64,000 bases of DNA from Coleofasciculus chthonoplastes F2-STO-03 (GTDB lineage: Bacteria > Cyanobacteriota > Cyanobacteriia > Cyanobacteriales > Coleofasciculaceae), in NCBI GenBank assembly GCA_040222015.1, contig JAVJWO010000030.1, positions 30,324-94,323 on the forward strand, given 5' to 3'. This document shows positions 44,537 through 56,159 of the stretch, piece by piece. The position numbers were made by a program, and so were the translations under genes. How positions within the stretch are numbered: position 1 is the stretch's first letter; each line of letters opens with the position of its first letter. The notes beneath the pieces are model-generated. The model was not told the DNA's origin. It worked only from the letters and a program-made list of their open reading frames with translations, and searched no databases.

Positions 44537-47455
44537 TTAAAGCCAGTTGCCTATCAGAATATAAGGCGCCCAGTAGCGGGGAGACTTGTACTCAGTATTT
44601 TGTAATAAATGCTCTTGGGCGCGACGTAGGGCTTCCGCTTTGGTCACATTTGGTTGAGCCAAATTTTGATAGAATTGCTTCATAAACTCTACACTGGACT
44701 CATCGTCCACACTCCAAAGCGTTGCGATGGCGCTTCCAGCACCCGCACGCACGGTAGTTCCCGCAATCCCTAGATCTGCGCGTTTGTCACCATCAGCCGT
44801 TTCGCAAGCACTAAAGACTAATAATTCGATCGCATCGACGCGGGTGGCGTTTCTGAGCCGAAACAGTTCATCTAATTCCTTCACCGTCAGCTTACCATCT
44901 GCGGCGAGGATAAAGGTATTGTCCGGATCGGAACTAAATTTGCCATGGGTGGCGATATGGATGACTTGAAACGCCGATTTATTCAGTTTTTGGTTAAAAT
45001 TTGCCCGGGTAAATTCTTGCTCACGTAATGTACTCAGGGCAACTCCCGTCTCAGCAATTTTATCCAACTCTTTCTCAACATTCGAGAGTTTCGCAAACTG
45101 TTCAAATCCTACAGGCGGTTGAACTAAACTAGCCGCTAGAACCGTTATTTGCTGCTTGTTTAACGGTTTTGGGTTTTGCATAACTAAGTTCGGGGCGACA
45201 ACGAGGGCATACTTTTGAAACAAATAGTTTTCGCCATCATAAAGCGCCGCTAGGGGAACATTCCGCAGAGAACCATCGAGGACAAAGACCAAGGTTTTGA
45301 TATTATTTTTATCTAATCGTTCTCGAATCGGTTGAATCAGCCACTTGTAGACCTGTTGAGACTGATTTCGCAGCGTTTCCGATACGAATACCTCCTGCAA
45401 ATTGCCACGTAACCCAGTCAGGGTTTTGCTCAGTTCAGCTTCAGGGACATCGCTGCGATAGGCGTATAAGTCGTCATCTCCTGGCAATTTGAGGATAATT
45501 TCTAGGCGATTACTGAGAATAATTGGGTAAAGAAACGCCGCCGTTGGGTCTTTTTCCTCAATCACTCGGTCAATCGCCTCTGGACTGGATTCAGAACAGG
45601 GTTCTTGCAAAAAGTTCTCCAGTTCAGCGATTTGCAGCGACTCCATCACCCGGCGGGCTTGTTTGAGGTTCTCTTGGCGGGGATTCTGGGAATTCAGAAG
45701 TAAATCCACAAAGGTGCGATAAACGGGTTCTTCTACCTTTTCTCGGAACGTAAATTGGAAATCTTCAGCGCTAGCGCTTAAATCTCGGCGCAGGGCTTGC
45801 AGTATATCGAAGGTTGTTTGGTAGGCAAACCGTGCCTTTTCTATCTCTCCTTGGTGATGGTAAATGCGTCCCAATTGCCAACTCCAACGATAGGCACTAT
45901 CCCACGCCTGAATGGATTGGGATAGGTTGAGGGCGTCTTGGGTGAGTTGTTGCGCGGATGACCAATCTTTTGTTTGTTCGTATCGATACCCCAAATAACC
46001 CAGCGCATTGGCTTTAGCGCCGGGATTGTTGAGTTGTTCGGCGTTGGCGTTAGCCGCATTTAAAAGCTGGTCAATGGTGTCCCAGGAGGGCGTCGAGGTG
46101 AGGGAAAGTCGGGAGGAGATATCCTTGAGGCGGATTAAATTTTGGGCGAAGTTGGTTTGGGCGAGAATGGTGTTGTAACTGGGGGGACGTTGGGTTAATT
46201 GAGTCTGAATCTGAGTCCAGTTTAGCTGGGAAAGTTGGGCTTGGATTTGGGATAACCATTCGTTAAGGGTGGTGGAGAATTCATCGGTTGAGGAAACCCC
46301 TGGCGGTAACCAGTCGTTGGCGGTTTGGCTTTTGGAGGCTTTAATGGTCTGTAACCATTGTTCGACATCCAGTAAGAGACTCAGGCGATTTAGTTGTGCC
46401 TGGATTTGAGGGTCAGAGGTGGCGTGGGCGGCGTTTTGATAGGCGTCTAATGCGGTTTGAGTATAGAGACGCGCTTGCTCAAAATCCGCCGAGTCTTGGG
46501 TTTGTTGATAGGCGTCACGCTGGCGTTGACTGAAATCTCTGGCGGTATTGCCTAAACTTAGGTGGGTCGAACCGAGGACGGAGGGCTGTTGTAGGTCTAT
46601 ACTTAGTTCTAAAATGGCTTGGGATAGGTTTAAATGACCCAGGATTTGCAGTAAGCTACCGAGACTATTTAAGCCTGTGAGTTTGATTGGAGTGGCTTGG
46701 GTTTGTTGGCGAAGCTTGTCGAGGAGGGGTTTGGGTTCCTGTTGTGCTAATTCCTTACAGTCTGTGTCGGTCAATCCAAATACTTGTAATAATGTCGTGC
46801 AGGCGCGGGGATGAATGCCCAAGGCTTGCAGCGCTTGCGCCTGATTGATTAAACTGCGGCTAACTCCGGTGTCATCGGCCAATTGCTGATAGAGTTGGGT
46901 GGCTTGTTTCCAGGTGATGAGTGCGGCGTTGGCGTCTCCCTGGGCGAGTTGCAGGGTTCCCTGATTGTTGAGGGCTTGGGCGTGAACTTTTTTGTAGTCA
47001 GTGGTCGTGTTTTGGGGCTGGGTTTGGAGTAAATTTAAGCTGAGTGCGATCGCGTCTTGGGCTTGTGACCATTCTCCTAATTGCTGATAGGCGAGGGCAA
47101 GATTACTCAAAACCATAGCTTGATTGAGTGTATCACCTTGGGCGGCAAAGGTGGAGGCGGCGTCTTGCCAAATTGTTACGGCGGCGGTATATTTCCCGGT
47201 TTGGTACAGTTGGTTTCCCTGTTGTACCCGTTGGATGGTGGGCGATTGAGTCTGAGGATTAGGTAGAGGCGATCGCGCTAATGTGGTGGGATGCTCCCGA
47301 TTTTGTGGTAAGCTAGCCTGTACGATGGGAATCCGTGTGGGCAGAAAAGGGGTTTCCCAGTTCAACAGCAGAGTCAGCAGAGTCGTGCTAATCCCCCAGC
47401 CGAGATACTTGAGGAACTTTTCCAGAGAGGTTCGCGATCGATATTGTTTTTTCAT
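44537..47455 (-). CDS. TPR + CHAT (caspase-like) domain protein, likely exported
   Basis: TPR helices, ELENFLQEPC, DGSLRNVPLAALYDG, HIATHG and FSACETA (His/Cys dyad), LWSVDD, YWAPYILIGNWL. Confidence 0.94.
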   Translation of the reverse strand: MKKQYRSRTSLEKFLKYLGWGISTTLLTLLLNWETPFLPTRIPIVQASLPQNREHPTTLARSPLPNPQTQSPTIQRVQQGNQLYQTGKYTAAVTIWQDAASTFAAQGDTLNQAMVLSNLALAYQQLGEWSQAQDAIALSLNLLQTQPQNTTTDYKKVHAQALNNQGTLQLAQGDANAALITWKQATQLYQQLADDTGVSRSLINQAQALQALGIHPRACTTLLQVFGLTDTDCKELAQQEPKPLLDKLRQQTQATPIKLTGLNSLGSLLQILGHLNLSQAILELSIDLQQPSVLGSTHLSLGNTARDFSQRQRDAYQQTQDSADFEQARLYTQTALDAYQNAAHATSDPQIQAQLNRLSLLLDVEQWLQTIKASKSQTANDWLPPGVSSTDEFSTTLNEWLSQIQAQLSQLNWTQIQTQLTQRPPSYNTILAQTNFAQNLIRLKDISSRLSLTSTPSWDTIDQLLNAANANAEQLNNPGAKANALGYLGYRYEQTKDWSSAQQLTQDALNLSQSIQAWDSAYRWSWQLGRIYHHQGEIEKARFAYQTTFDILQALRRDLSASAEDFQFTFREKVEEPVYRTFVDLLLNSQNPRQENLKQARRVMESLQIAELENFLQEPCSESSPEAIDRVIEEKDPTAAFLYPIILSNRLEIILKLPGDDDLYAYRSDVPEAELSKTLTGLRGNLQEVFVSETLRNQSQQVYKWLIQPIRERLDKNNIKTLVFVLDGSLRNVPLAALYDGENYLFQKYALVVAPNLVMQNPKPLNKQQITVLAASLVQPPVGFEQFAKLSNVEKELDKIAETGVALSTLREQEFTRANFNQKLNKSAFQVIHIATHGKFSSDPDNTFILAADGKLTVKELDELFRLRNATRVDAIELLVFSACETADGDKRADLGIAGTTVRAGAGSAIATLWSVDDESSVEFMKQFYQNLAQPNVTKAEALRRAQEHLLQNTEYKSPRYWAPYILIGNWL

Positions 47456-47629
47456 AGTCTCGAAAATTACCTACTTAACTGGAATGGCACTGAAAATTTG
47501 CATTAGGGAATCACCGAAACCTTTGATATACCGTAGGGTGGGCATTGCCCACCAAAATACCAGTCAGTGGCATTCTACTTAACTGGGCGGTTTGGGCGAT
47601 TTCTAATCGCCAGGGCTTCTATCAACAAA

Positions 47630-50600
47630 TTAATTTCCAGGTAGATTCTGACAATAATCAACCATTTGCCCAGACATTTGGGAGGTAACCGTCGGCGGAT
47701 TAGCCGTCAGCACCACCGTACCATCGGCAAGCTTCACCCAACCTTGCGCTTCAATAATTTGTTTGGCAGAATTAGTCGCACTCTCCCTGGTTTTTCCCGT
47801 CTCGCCAGTCCCCCCATCGGCTTCCCCATTCACCACACTACCCAAATCGGCTAGTACATAATTACTGCCAAGGGCGTCATCGGGACTAGGAGGCAAACCA
47901 CCGCGTCCAGTGATAGTGAATTCACTGCCCATACCATTAGCGCTACAGCGACTCACGATTTGCCGGGAAGAATCCGCCAGTTGTGTCGGTAATTCAGTCA
48001 ATCCCCCACTGGGGTCAATCGCCAGGGTGGTAATTTCCACTTGACCTTGGGCACCAAACTCTGAACTAGCATCAATATCATTCGTGCGGTTGCCATTGAT
48101 AGCAGGGCGTGCCTGAATCCCAAAAATTTGTTGGGCACTCAGGTTAATACGACCACCATTGCCAGCTTCAGCTTTGGCGACAATATCACTGCCATTGTCT
48201 CCTTGTGAAGACAGAGCAATCAGGAAGCCCGTGTCAGAGTTAAGCTTAATATCGATATTTCCACCATTGGCTGTACCACTGGCATTAGCAGAAATTAGGC
48301 TTTCATTACTCAGGAGTAATAATTTGCCAATATTTAACTCAATATTTGCCCCACCGCCTTGAGTGTCAGCCGTCAGTTGTCCGCGATTCAAAGTAACCGA
48401 ATCAGCCGTGACAGTTAAGTTGCCAGCAGTACCTCCACCTTGGCTGCTGACAGTGGCGCTAGAGTTTCCGCCAAGGGTAAGTCGGTTAGCGGTAATGTCG
48501 AGGTTTCCAGCGTTACCTCCTTTCGTGGCTTCGGCTTCTAGGCGGCTATTATTGGAAAGTTCAACCGTACCTCCTGAAGCCTCGATTGAGACATTACCTC
48601 CCTCCCCGCTTTGAGTAGAGGCAGATATCTCACTGTCATTGTTTAACTGTAAAGATGTTAAATCCTGGAGTTGAATATTGCCCCCACTACCTGCCTCTGT
48701 GGTGGCGGCTAACCGGGCTGAGTTGTCCAGAATCACTTCTGGCACACTCACCATGAGGCTACCTGCGGTGCCCTTGGCTGTGCTGCTGACAGTGGCGCTA
48801 GAATTTCCGCCAAGGGTAAGTCGGTTAGCGGTAATTTCCAGGTTTCCAGCGTTGCCTCCCTGTGTGGCTTCGGCTTCTAGACGGCTATTATCAGTAAGTT
48901 CAACTATACCTCCTGAAGCCTTAATTGACACATCACCTCCGTTCCCGCTTTGAGTGGAGGCAGATATCTCACTGTTATTGTTTAACTGTAAAGATCTTAA
49001 ATCCTGGAGTTGAATATTGCCCCCACTACCTGCCTCTGTGGTGGCGGCTAACCGGGCTGAGTTTTCCAGAATCACTTCTGGCACACTCACCATGAGGCTA
49101 CCTGCGGTGCCCTTGGTTGTGCTGCTGACAGCAACTGCTGCCCTATCTCCAATACTCAACTGCCCTGTCGTAATTTTGACATTGCCAGCACTACCGCCAT
49201 GAGTTGCTTGTGCGAGAATACCACCGGGTTCTTTATTTTCTACGTCAGTTACAGTGCCGCTGAGTTCGACTGACTCGGAAGCTGTTACCGTGATATTTCC
49301 CGCTTTTCCGCTTTGAGTGGATGTTGAAATTAAGCTATCAATAACCCGTAGTGTCTGTAGCCCTTGCAGAATGATATCGGCTGAGTCTTCTGGGCTTCCT
49401 CCGGCATCCGTTTCGGCAGTGATTTGTCCGCCGCGATTGAGGGTAACGCGGCTAGCGGTAATATTCACATCACCGGCTGTACCAGAGTTCTTCGCACTGA
49501 CGGTTATAGCTGCCTCATCTTCAATATTCAACTGTCCTGTCGTAAGCTTGATATTGCCAGCATTCCCCGCCGTACTCTCTTCGGCAGCACTGGAGATTTT
49601 ACCTTTCTGCCCCAACTCTACTCTGCCGTTTTCGGCATTAATTGTGACATTACCCGCATTGCCTTGATCCTTGGTGCTAGCTGAGATCACTGCATTATCT
49701 ACCGTAAGCGAACCCGTTTTTAATGTGATGCTTCCTGCATTCACCACTCCCAAAGTACTGGCATTGATTTTCGCATCATTTGTTAAGTGAATTGATGCCC
49801 CACTCAGTTCAATCTTTGCGTCATTTTGCGCTGGTTTAGTTCCTCCGACTTGATTCAAAATGCTGCTGTTGTTAACGGTAATTGTCCGAGTAGCATTAAA
49901 CCTAATATTTCCAGGTATACTATTTGCTGTATTGATTGGAATAGGATCACTGTCTATGTCAAAAATACCTTGACTACCTTTTTGGGCTTGAAAAGAGTAG
50001 TAGTGAAAGTTCCCATTTCCTGTACCTGAAATAGAGACGTGGGGAATGCTTTTAGAATCTTCAACATCGTCATTAGCTTTCAAGATGAAATTACCATCAA
50101 TACTCTGGGCTTGGTTCAGTGAATCATTATAAGATTGAGAATTGACGGGTAAAGTAGAATTAGGATACCTATCATTTTTAACTGAAACCTGAAGGTTATA
50201 CTTTTCTCCCTGCTGTAATGACTGACCTTCAATCTTACCGTCTGAAGCTGAGGAAGAGAAAGCTCCAACGCCGACAATATACCTTCTATCTTCGTCAAAC
50301 TTATATTTAATGTAAGAATCTAATCCAGTTTTACTTCCTCCTGCACCTTGTGAGATACTAGAGTCGTCATTTTCTGCTAATAAATTACCTGTATCGTCGA
50401 ATAAGAAAAGTTGGGTGTCTATAAACCGATTGGGCAAACCTGCATTAATTTGAGTCTCATTGGTGAGGGATATTGATTCAGCTTTTATTGTAATATCACC
50501 CCCCTTTCCTTCATCACTACTAGAGGCAGTTATGTTGCTCTTGTTGATTGTAACTTCAGAACCTCCAGTAATGTTGATGTCTCCACTCTTTCCTTGACTG

Positions 50601-53320
50601 CTATAAGTACTGGTATTAAGATTGCTATCGATGATATTTACAGTTTCACCAGCCTTAATCTGCACATTGCCAGCTTTGCCACCATTAGAACTGGAACTAA
50701 AGGTATCAATATTGCTATTGCTGAGGGTTAAAGTTGCACTAGAGAGGGTAATGGCTCCCCCATTTCCTTTCCAAGATGAGGAGTCCAGATATTTTGTAGT
50801 GATTTTCCCTCCAGCATCCAGATTGATTTTTCCCCCATTTCGGTTCCAAGAGTAGGAGGAGACAGACTCTATAGAAATGTTTCCTTCAGCATCCAGATGG
50901 ATCTCTCCCCCATTTCCACCAGAGGAGAAGGAGTCGAGAGACTCTGTGGAGATGTCCCCACCTGCAGTGAACGCGATCGCTCCTCCATTTCCACCAGAAG
51001 AAGAGGAGTTGAGAGACTCTGTGGAGATGTTACCACCTGCAGTGAACGCGATCGCTCCTCCATTTCCATCATAAGAGGAGGAGTTGAGAGACTCTGTGGA
51101 GATGTTACCACTTGCAGTGAACGCGATCGCTCCCCCATTTCCACGAGAAGAGGAAGAATCTAGGATTCCTGTGGTGATACTGCCACTAGCATCAAGGCTA
51201 ATCGTGCCTCCAGCATTCACAGGATTGTTCGTATTCAGATTTTCCACACTGATGTTTCCATTTGTGGCATTTAGATTGATTGAACCACTCTTTCGAGTAA
51301 TAGGAGTTCCAAATAGCAGTTGTGTTCCTATTGCTTCTCCCCAAGGTGCCGGATCACCCGCCCGGAACAACGTGCCGGAATCCCCTCCCGCATCATCAGT
51401 AACACTCAAAGTCCACTTTCCCGTAGGGTTCTCGCCCTGAAAAACTGCTAATCCTCCATCACCTTCAGGTTTGAAGGTTCCATTAAAAGGAGCTGACCCT
51501 TGATTAATGCTCCTTTGTGCTTCATCATCGAGTAGAGTGTCCTGGAAATTATCACCACTACCCCCTACATCACTGAACAATTCTAACTCCGTTCCACATG
51601 GCGATTTGAGAAAAACATCCAGGTCACTATTATAGGTATGTATTGCCGAAAACCGCACATCCAGATTACCGATAGGTTGCCCTAAATCCGGCACAGTGAA
51701 GGTGAATATCGCATTACCCTGAGTTCCCGTTTCTGGAATCGATCCACCTGCATCCACATTCACCGGCGTTATCAACTCACCCCCCTTAACATCAAAGGTA
51801 TTAATATTCCCCAAGGTCAAACTCGCGCCGGAAATAAAAATATCCCGTCCATTGGTTTTGAGGGTATCTTTAACAGTGTCCTCCATCACCACCGCACCCA
51901 CCCCGTCACTATCTGCATCAGCCGTTAACTTAATCTCCCCATTTCCAGACTTAAACGTTAAGGCATCATCGACTAAATCATCAATCCGAATATCATTAGT
52001 CGCCTGTAAAATAACGTTACTATCCCCCGCTAACCCCTCCAACTCCGACTCATAAATCGTCGTCGGTGCTGTATCATTAATCGTACTCAACGGCGCACTC
52101 CAAATCTCTCCTACCTCTCCAGAATTATTCCCGGCAAACGTATCCGTACCATCCGTCGCACTATCACCAGAACCATTAGCAATCCTAATATCCGTCGGGT
52201 CAAGCAGCAAAGTCCCCCATAACCCATTCACCGCAATGGTATCAACCGTTCCCCGAAATATCAGGTGTTCCTTCGCCGATACCTCTACAAACCCACCATT
52301 TCCCGATTCAGTTCCCCCACGGGCGCTAATTGTGCCATAAAATCCTGTCACCTCATCTGCCCAAACAATGACATTACCCCCATCGCCTGTAGTTAAAGTA
52401 TCGGCATTAATAATTACATCTGAACCAATAAAAGTACGCAGCGCATTGGGAACATCACCGTTCCCCTGAAACCCGCCACCAATTAACACCGTACCGCCAC
52501 CCGTCTGTGAGGATACATCAATCCGGGCATTATCTAACAAACCAACCCGTTCTCCTAAAACCTGAACTAACCCGCCTGGTGCTGTAAGAGAACCCGTACT
52601 GGTAACTTCGCTACCAAATAATGTTAGAGACTTGCCCGAATCAACCGCTAAAGAACCCGCATTGCTAATAGTTCCCCCTGAACTCAAATTACTTTCTATA
52701 TTCCCAGATGGTTGGGAGGATTCAGAGGGGTTATTTTGCCCATACTGCAACCCCGGAGTCACGTTAATCGTCAACAACGGCGGCGCTTCCGGATTCACCG
52801 CACTAAACTCACTACCATCGGGAAACTTAAAACTATTTGCCGTAGATGCCAAAAACGAACCGCCAATATCTAACCGGGCATTGGCACCAAAAATCACCCC
52901 ATTGGGATTGAGTAAAAAGAGATTCGCCGCACCATTTGCCCGAATCAAGCCATCAATATCGGAAATATTAGTACCCGTTACCCGACTAAAAATAGTCTCA
53001 ATTTCCAAGGCATTGTTAAAAAACGCTTGACCCCCCGTGGGAATAGAAAACTCCTGGAAACTATGGAACAAGTTAACCCCGCGCACTGTGCCATCCTCAA
53101 TCGTGAACACCTTGCCATCTGGCGTAACACGAGTATTAACCGGAAGCGTATTATCAGGAATTATCGGCTGTGAACTAGCGGGTTGAACACCAACCATCAC
53201 GCTGAACGCGACGCTGCTAGCCAATGCTAGGGAAAAGCCTTTTTCTTGTGTAAGTGATACCTTTTCAGGGCAAGTCCAATCCTTGTTTACCGCGCTTGAC
53301 AGTGCTGCGAAGACATGCAT
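47630..53320 (-). CDS. Filamentous haemagglutinin-family (TpsA-like) exoprotein
   Basis: [21 protein letters not shown] motif, G.GG.I.I.A beta-helix repeats, C-terminal [15 protein letters not shown]; inserted P-domain (about 51370-51712) and PPC-like domain (about 49946-50425). Confidence 0.93.
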   Translation of the reverse strand: MHVFAALSSAVNKDWTCPEKVSLTQEKGFSLALASSVAFSVMVGVQPASSQPIIPDNTLPVNTRVTPDGKVFTIEDGTVRGVNLFHSFQEFSIPTGGQAFFNNALEIETIFSRVTGTNISDIDGLIRANGAANLFLLNPNGVIFGANARLDIGGSFLASTANSFKFPDGSEFSAVNPEAPPLLTINVTPGLQYGQNNPSESSQPSGNIESNLSSGGTISNAGSLAVDSGKSLTLFGSEVTSTGSLTAPGGLVQVLGERVGLLDNARIDVSSQTGGGTVLIGGGFQGNGDVPNALRTFIGSDVIINADTLTTGDGGNVIVWADEVTGFYGTISARGGTESGNGGFVEVSAKEHLIFRGTVDTIAVNGLWGTLLLDPTDIRIANGSGDSATDGTDTFAGNNSGEVGEIWSAPLSTINDTAPTTIYESELEGLAGDSNVILQATNDIRIDDLVDDALTFKSGNGEIKLTADADSDGVGAVVMEDTVKDTLKTNGRDIFISGASLTLGNINTFDVKGGELITPVNVDAGGSIPETGTQGNAIFTFTVPDLGQPIGNLDVRFSAIHTYNSDLDVFLKSPCGTELELFSDVGGSGDNFQDTLLDDEAQRSINQGSAPFNGTFKPEGDGGLAVFQGENPTGKWTLSVTDDAGGDSGTLFRAGDPAPWGEAIGTQLLFGTPITRKSGSINLNATNGNISVENLNTNNPVNAGGTISLDASGSITTGILDSSSSRGNGGAIAFTASGNISTESLNSSSYDGNGGAIAFTAGGNISTESLNSSSSGGNGGAIAFTAGGDISTESLDSFSSGGNGGEIHLDAEGNISIESVSSYSWNRNGGKINLDAGGKITTKYLDSSSWKGNGGAITLSSATLTLSNSNIDTFSSSSNGGKAGNVQIKAGETVNIIDSNLNTSTYSSQGKSGDINITGGSEVTINKSNITASSSDEGKGGDITIKAESISLTNETQINAGLPNRFIDTQLFLFDDTGNLLAENDDSSISQGAGGSKTGLDSYIKYKFDEDRRYIVGVGAFSSSASDGKIEGQSLQQGEKYNLQVSVKNDRYPNSTLPVNSQSYNDSLNQAQSIDGNFILKANDDVEDSKSIPHVSISGTGNGNFHYYSFQAQKGSQGIFDIDSDPIPINTANSIPGNIRFNATRTITVNNSSILNQVGGTKPAQNDAKIELSGASIHLTNDAKINASTLGVVNAGSITLKTGSLTVDNAVISASTKDQGNAGNVTINAENGRVELGQKGKISSAAEESTAGNAGNIKLTTGQLNIEDEAAITVSAKNSGTAGDVNITASRVTLNRGGQITAETDAGGSPEDSADIILQGLQTLRVIDSLISTSTQSGKAGNITVTASESVELSGTVTDVENKEPGGILAQATHGGSAGNVKITTGQLSIGDRAAVAVSSTTKGTAGSLMVSVPEVILENSARLAATTEAGSGGNIQLQDLRSLQLNNNSEISASTQSGNGGDVSIKASGGIVELTDNSRLEAEATQGGNAGNLEITANRLTLGGNSSATVSSTAKGTAGSLMVSVPEVILDNSARLAATTEAGSGGNIQLQDLTSLQLNNDSEISASTQSGEGGNVSIEASGGTVELSNNSRLEAEATKGGNAGNLDITANRLTLGGNSSATVSSQGGGTAGNLTVTADSVTLNRGQLTADTQGGGANIELNIGKLLLLSNESLISANASGTANGGNIDIKLNSDTGFLIALSSQGDNGSDIVAKAEAGNGGRINLSAQQIFGIQARPAINGNRTNDIDASSEFGAQGQVEITTLAIDPSGGLTELPTQLADSSRQIVSRCSANGMGSEFTITGRGGLPPSPDDALGSNYVLADLGSVVNGEADGGTGETGKTRESATNSAKQIIEAQGWVKLADGTVVLTANPPTVTSQMSGQMVDYCQNLPGN

Positions 53321-53675
53321 AGTATAAGCTCCAGCAATTTATCTGTTGATGTGCCTGTCAACCCACCAACTTGAGAAGTATGTTTCATCAAGTAACCCTT
53401 AATCTAATTTTTGTGAAGTGGGTTAAAACGAATTAACTGCTAATGGATAAAATGCTTTTGCCCTGATTCAGAGAATTAAACCCAGTGGGGTTCAGTGGTT
53501 CTATTATAGATAGGAATAAACTGAAAATGACAGGGGTTATTTTTATAGTGTGAAATAATTTATACTTAGCTTTTACATCTTGCCATCAGAAGAAAATTCT
53601 GGGGGTATTGCATTCCCAATCCACCTTGACTAAAGGAAAATCTCTGCACACCAACTGTAGGGGCGCACTGACGTG

Positions 53676-53842
53676 CATTGGTGTCAACTTAAGGTAAAAA
53701 GCAGGGGAAGCAGGGGAAGCTGGGGAAGCTGAGGGAGCAATGTCAAGACGCTTCTCCCATCGCGTCTGGGAGTTCTTGGAGCCAGGACACCGTAGCTGAA
53801 AATTAGGATGGGCAAGGGTTGTGGCTTAAGTTGACACGCATG
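53676..53842. mobile_element. MITE, 167 bp, 18-bp TIRs (Nezha-like size), inserted in a REP hairpin
   Basis: CATTGGTGTCAACTTAAG / CTTAAGTTGACACGCATG (2 mismatches); lies between GTAGGGGCGCACTG and CAGTGCGCCCTCA. Confidence 0.75.
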
Positions 53843-54098
53843 AGGCTCAGTGCGCCCTCAGGACTTGAGCAATGGTGCGTTACGGTTCGCTCTCCTCGCG
53901 ATGGCGGCTTGACCCAGCTAAAATTGTGGAATAGATTTTACTATTGAATCGGGCGCACGTCTGTGCGCCCCTACAATTCTAATCGACCCAATTAGGTTTG
54001 CCACGCCACTACAACTTGACAACAAGTGGACAACAAGCATGAGATAAACTTTGACAACCAAAACCCAAGGAGTTTAGGGAAAAATGGATTGCAGTACT

Positions 54099-54149
54099 AT
54101 TGAACAGACCCTAACTAATTACAAGTAATCTAGTTAGGGTCTGTTCAAT
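54099..54149. terminator. Long near-perfect palindrome, possible terminator or element scar
   Basis: ATTGAACAGACCCTAACTA ... TAGTTAGGGTCTGTTCAAT, 19-bp perfect arms, 40 bp after the kinase stop. Confidence 0.5.
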
Positions 54150-54188
54150 GTAACACCACAACCACAATGGTGCTATACAATCAACCGA

Positions 54189-55181
54189 TTATGACTGCTC
54201 TGCCAACGCCCGTTCGATCATCTCCGGAGTTGCTAGAGGCATAGAACATTGTAATCGGATACAAGTGTCTGTAACTGAATCGTCGCTTGGTTCTTTCCCA
54301 GGAATAGGTAGTAGTTCCAAGCGTCCCTTCATCATCTCCACCAAGGTTTGCACCATCAACCAATTCATACCGGGTGAGGTTGTTGATGAGGTTGTTTCCT
54401 GTTCCTCTGAGTCATTAGTGTCGGAGAGTAAATCAACGGCTTCACTCCAAATCGAGTTGGGACATTCTAGATCAATCCAGATATTCACCATCTGGGGGTT
54501 GTCAGAATTTGCTGTAGAAACCTGAATACTCCCTTCTTCCATTTGGGCAATAGCGCTGTCCACAATTCCCACTAATACCTGACGAAAACCCCTAGGATCA
54601 GCTAAGACTTCTATCTGGGGATCAGGGGAAATCACTTTCAGCCGCAGATTACGATTCCCGGCTTGCATGTGGGTGAGGACTTCGAGTTCTTCAAAGCATT
54701 GGCTCAATTGCAAAGGACGAGTCTCTAGACGATTAGTACCGTGTTCCGTTTTGGCTACGGCAATCACCTCATCTAAAATTTTTACCATCTTCTGCGCCGA
54801 GGTATGGGCTTGAGCCACGAATTCCTTAGCTTCTTCGGGTGAGTCACACAAATCGGACAAAATGAGCTGATGCATCCCCATCAAACTACTCAGGGGTGAT
54901 CGCAGTTCGTGGGATGTCCGCGCCAAGAACCCAGCTTTATATTGGCTGATTTCATGCGCCATTTGGTAAGCCAATTGGGTTTGCTGGAGTTCCTGCTTCA
55001 GGGGTTGAAGTTCATCCTCCTTCACCGGTTCCGCCTTAGCTGGCTGTGATTCATCGGGTTTTGACATTGGCGGTTCTGATACTGTTGAACCGTCTGGCTG
55101 TTTGCTGGAACGAGTAGTGCGGCTGACAACGAGTCCCATGACAATACCCACTACTAGATAGATCAGCTCCATGTTGCCCAT
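54189..55181 (-). CDS. Membrane-anchored HisKA-domain protein with degenerate ATPase domain
   Basis: N-terminal TM, FLARTSHELRSPL H-box; N/G1/G2 boxes not recognisable. Confidence 0.85.
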   Translation of the reverse strand: MGNMELIYLVVGIVMGLVVSRTTRSSKQPDGSTVSEPPMSKPDESQPAKAEPVKEDELQPLKQELQQTQLAYQMAHEISQYKAGFLARTSHELRSPLSSLMGMHQLILSDLCDSPEEAKEFVAQAHTSAQKMVKILDEVIAVAKTEHGTNRLETRPLQLSQCFEELEVLTHMQAGNRNLRLKVISPDPQIEVLADPRGFRQVLVGIVDSAIAQMEEGSIQVSTANSDNPQMVNIWIDLECPNSIWSEAVDLLSDTNDSEEQETTSSTTSPGMNWLMVQTLVEMMKGRLELLPIPGKEPSDDSVTDTCIRLQCSMPLATPEMIERALAEQS

Positions 55182-55324
55182 ATTTTTTCCAACTCTTCAA
55201 CGTAATTCGCGGGACTCCCCATCCACAATCTTTTATTTGGCTAGGGTAGTAGGCTAATGAATTCTATTTTTATTCTTGCCATACCCGCCTACCGATTAAG
55301 CATAGCCCGTTTTCCCCATCGTCA

Positions 55325-55942
55325 TCACCCCTTAGACAGGGAACAGTCGAATGAGACAGCGCCAAGGCGCAAAATTTGCCACCCGTCTCCTGTCCATTTC
55401 ACCACCGTAGAGGGTGCGCCTTGGGTATTGGGGTGACGCTCCTCTAATTCTTTGGATTCGGTGGGATGAAGCGTCAGCACCTCCGGAAACTCTGCCTCAA
55501 TTTCTGGCATTGTATGTAAGGGAGGTTTCCCGGAAACGTTGGCGCTTGTTGTGGCTAAAGGACCCGTCTGGGACAAAATTGCGATCGCGACTCTAGAGTC
55601 GGGAACCCGCAAGCCAATTGTGGTCGGATCTGTGGGGTTCATCGCCGCCGGAACTTTATCCGAAGCCGGTAACACTAAGGTGAGCGCTCCGGGCCAATAG
55701 TGCTTTGCCACTTGCTGCCAAATCTCTAATTCGGCGTCTGTCCCCTTGACATAAGACCAAAGTGATGATGGAAATGAACCCATTAAAATTAAGGGTTTGT
55801 TATTGCTTCGCTGCTTCAGCGTAAATATCAATTCTGCATAATCCGGTCGTACAGCGAGAGCGGGTATCGTGTCGGTGGGAAAGCTTACGATCTGACCAGA
55901 ATTAGCGCCAGCCACTAGGGCAGACATGAACACATGAGTCAT
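55325..55942 (-). CDS. tsaC: L-threonylcarbamoyladenylate synthase (YrdC/Sua5)
   Basis: FPTDT, KQR..KPL, WPGALT, GLRVP, TSANVSG, PSTVV. Confidence 0.93.
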   Translation of the reverse strand: MTHVFMSALVAGANSGQIVSFPTDTIPALAVRPDYAELIFTLKQRSNNKPLILMGSFPSSLWSYVKGTDAELEIWQQVAKHYWPGALTLVLPASDKVPAAMNPTDPTTIGLRVPDSRVAIAILSQTGPLATTSANVSGKPPLHTMPEIEAEFPEVLTLHPTESKELEERHPNTQGAPSTVVKWTGDGWQILRLGAVSFDCSLSKG

Positions 55943-56159
55943 ATTGAGGTTATATAATACTCCAATAGTTTCAGGGAAATATTTAATAGTTTGCTGGAAA
56001 GTAAGACAAAAGTCAAAATTTGTCTTATGTCTTATGTCCGCTCATGTCCTGATGATTGCCTGGAATTGCCATGCTGTTAAAGCCATCATTTTAGGAATTT
56101 TTATCCAGGGTGTTTGACTGGACATGATATCATTTGTCGGATTTAGAACTTATGACGTA

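Noticed and set aside
47666..53030. Many short + strand ORFs over the haemagglutinin (and similar ones over groEL, alaS and the CHAT gene)
   Set aside because: Antisense shadows of long, well-supported genes
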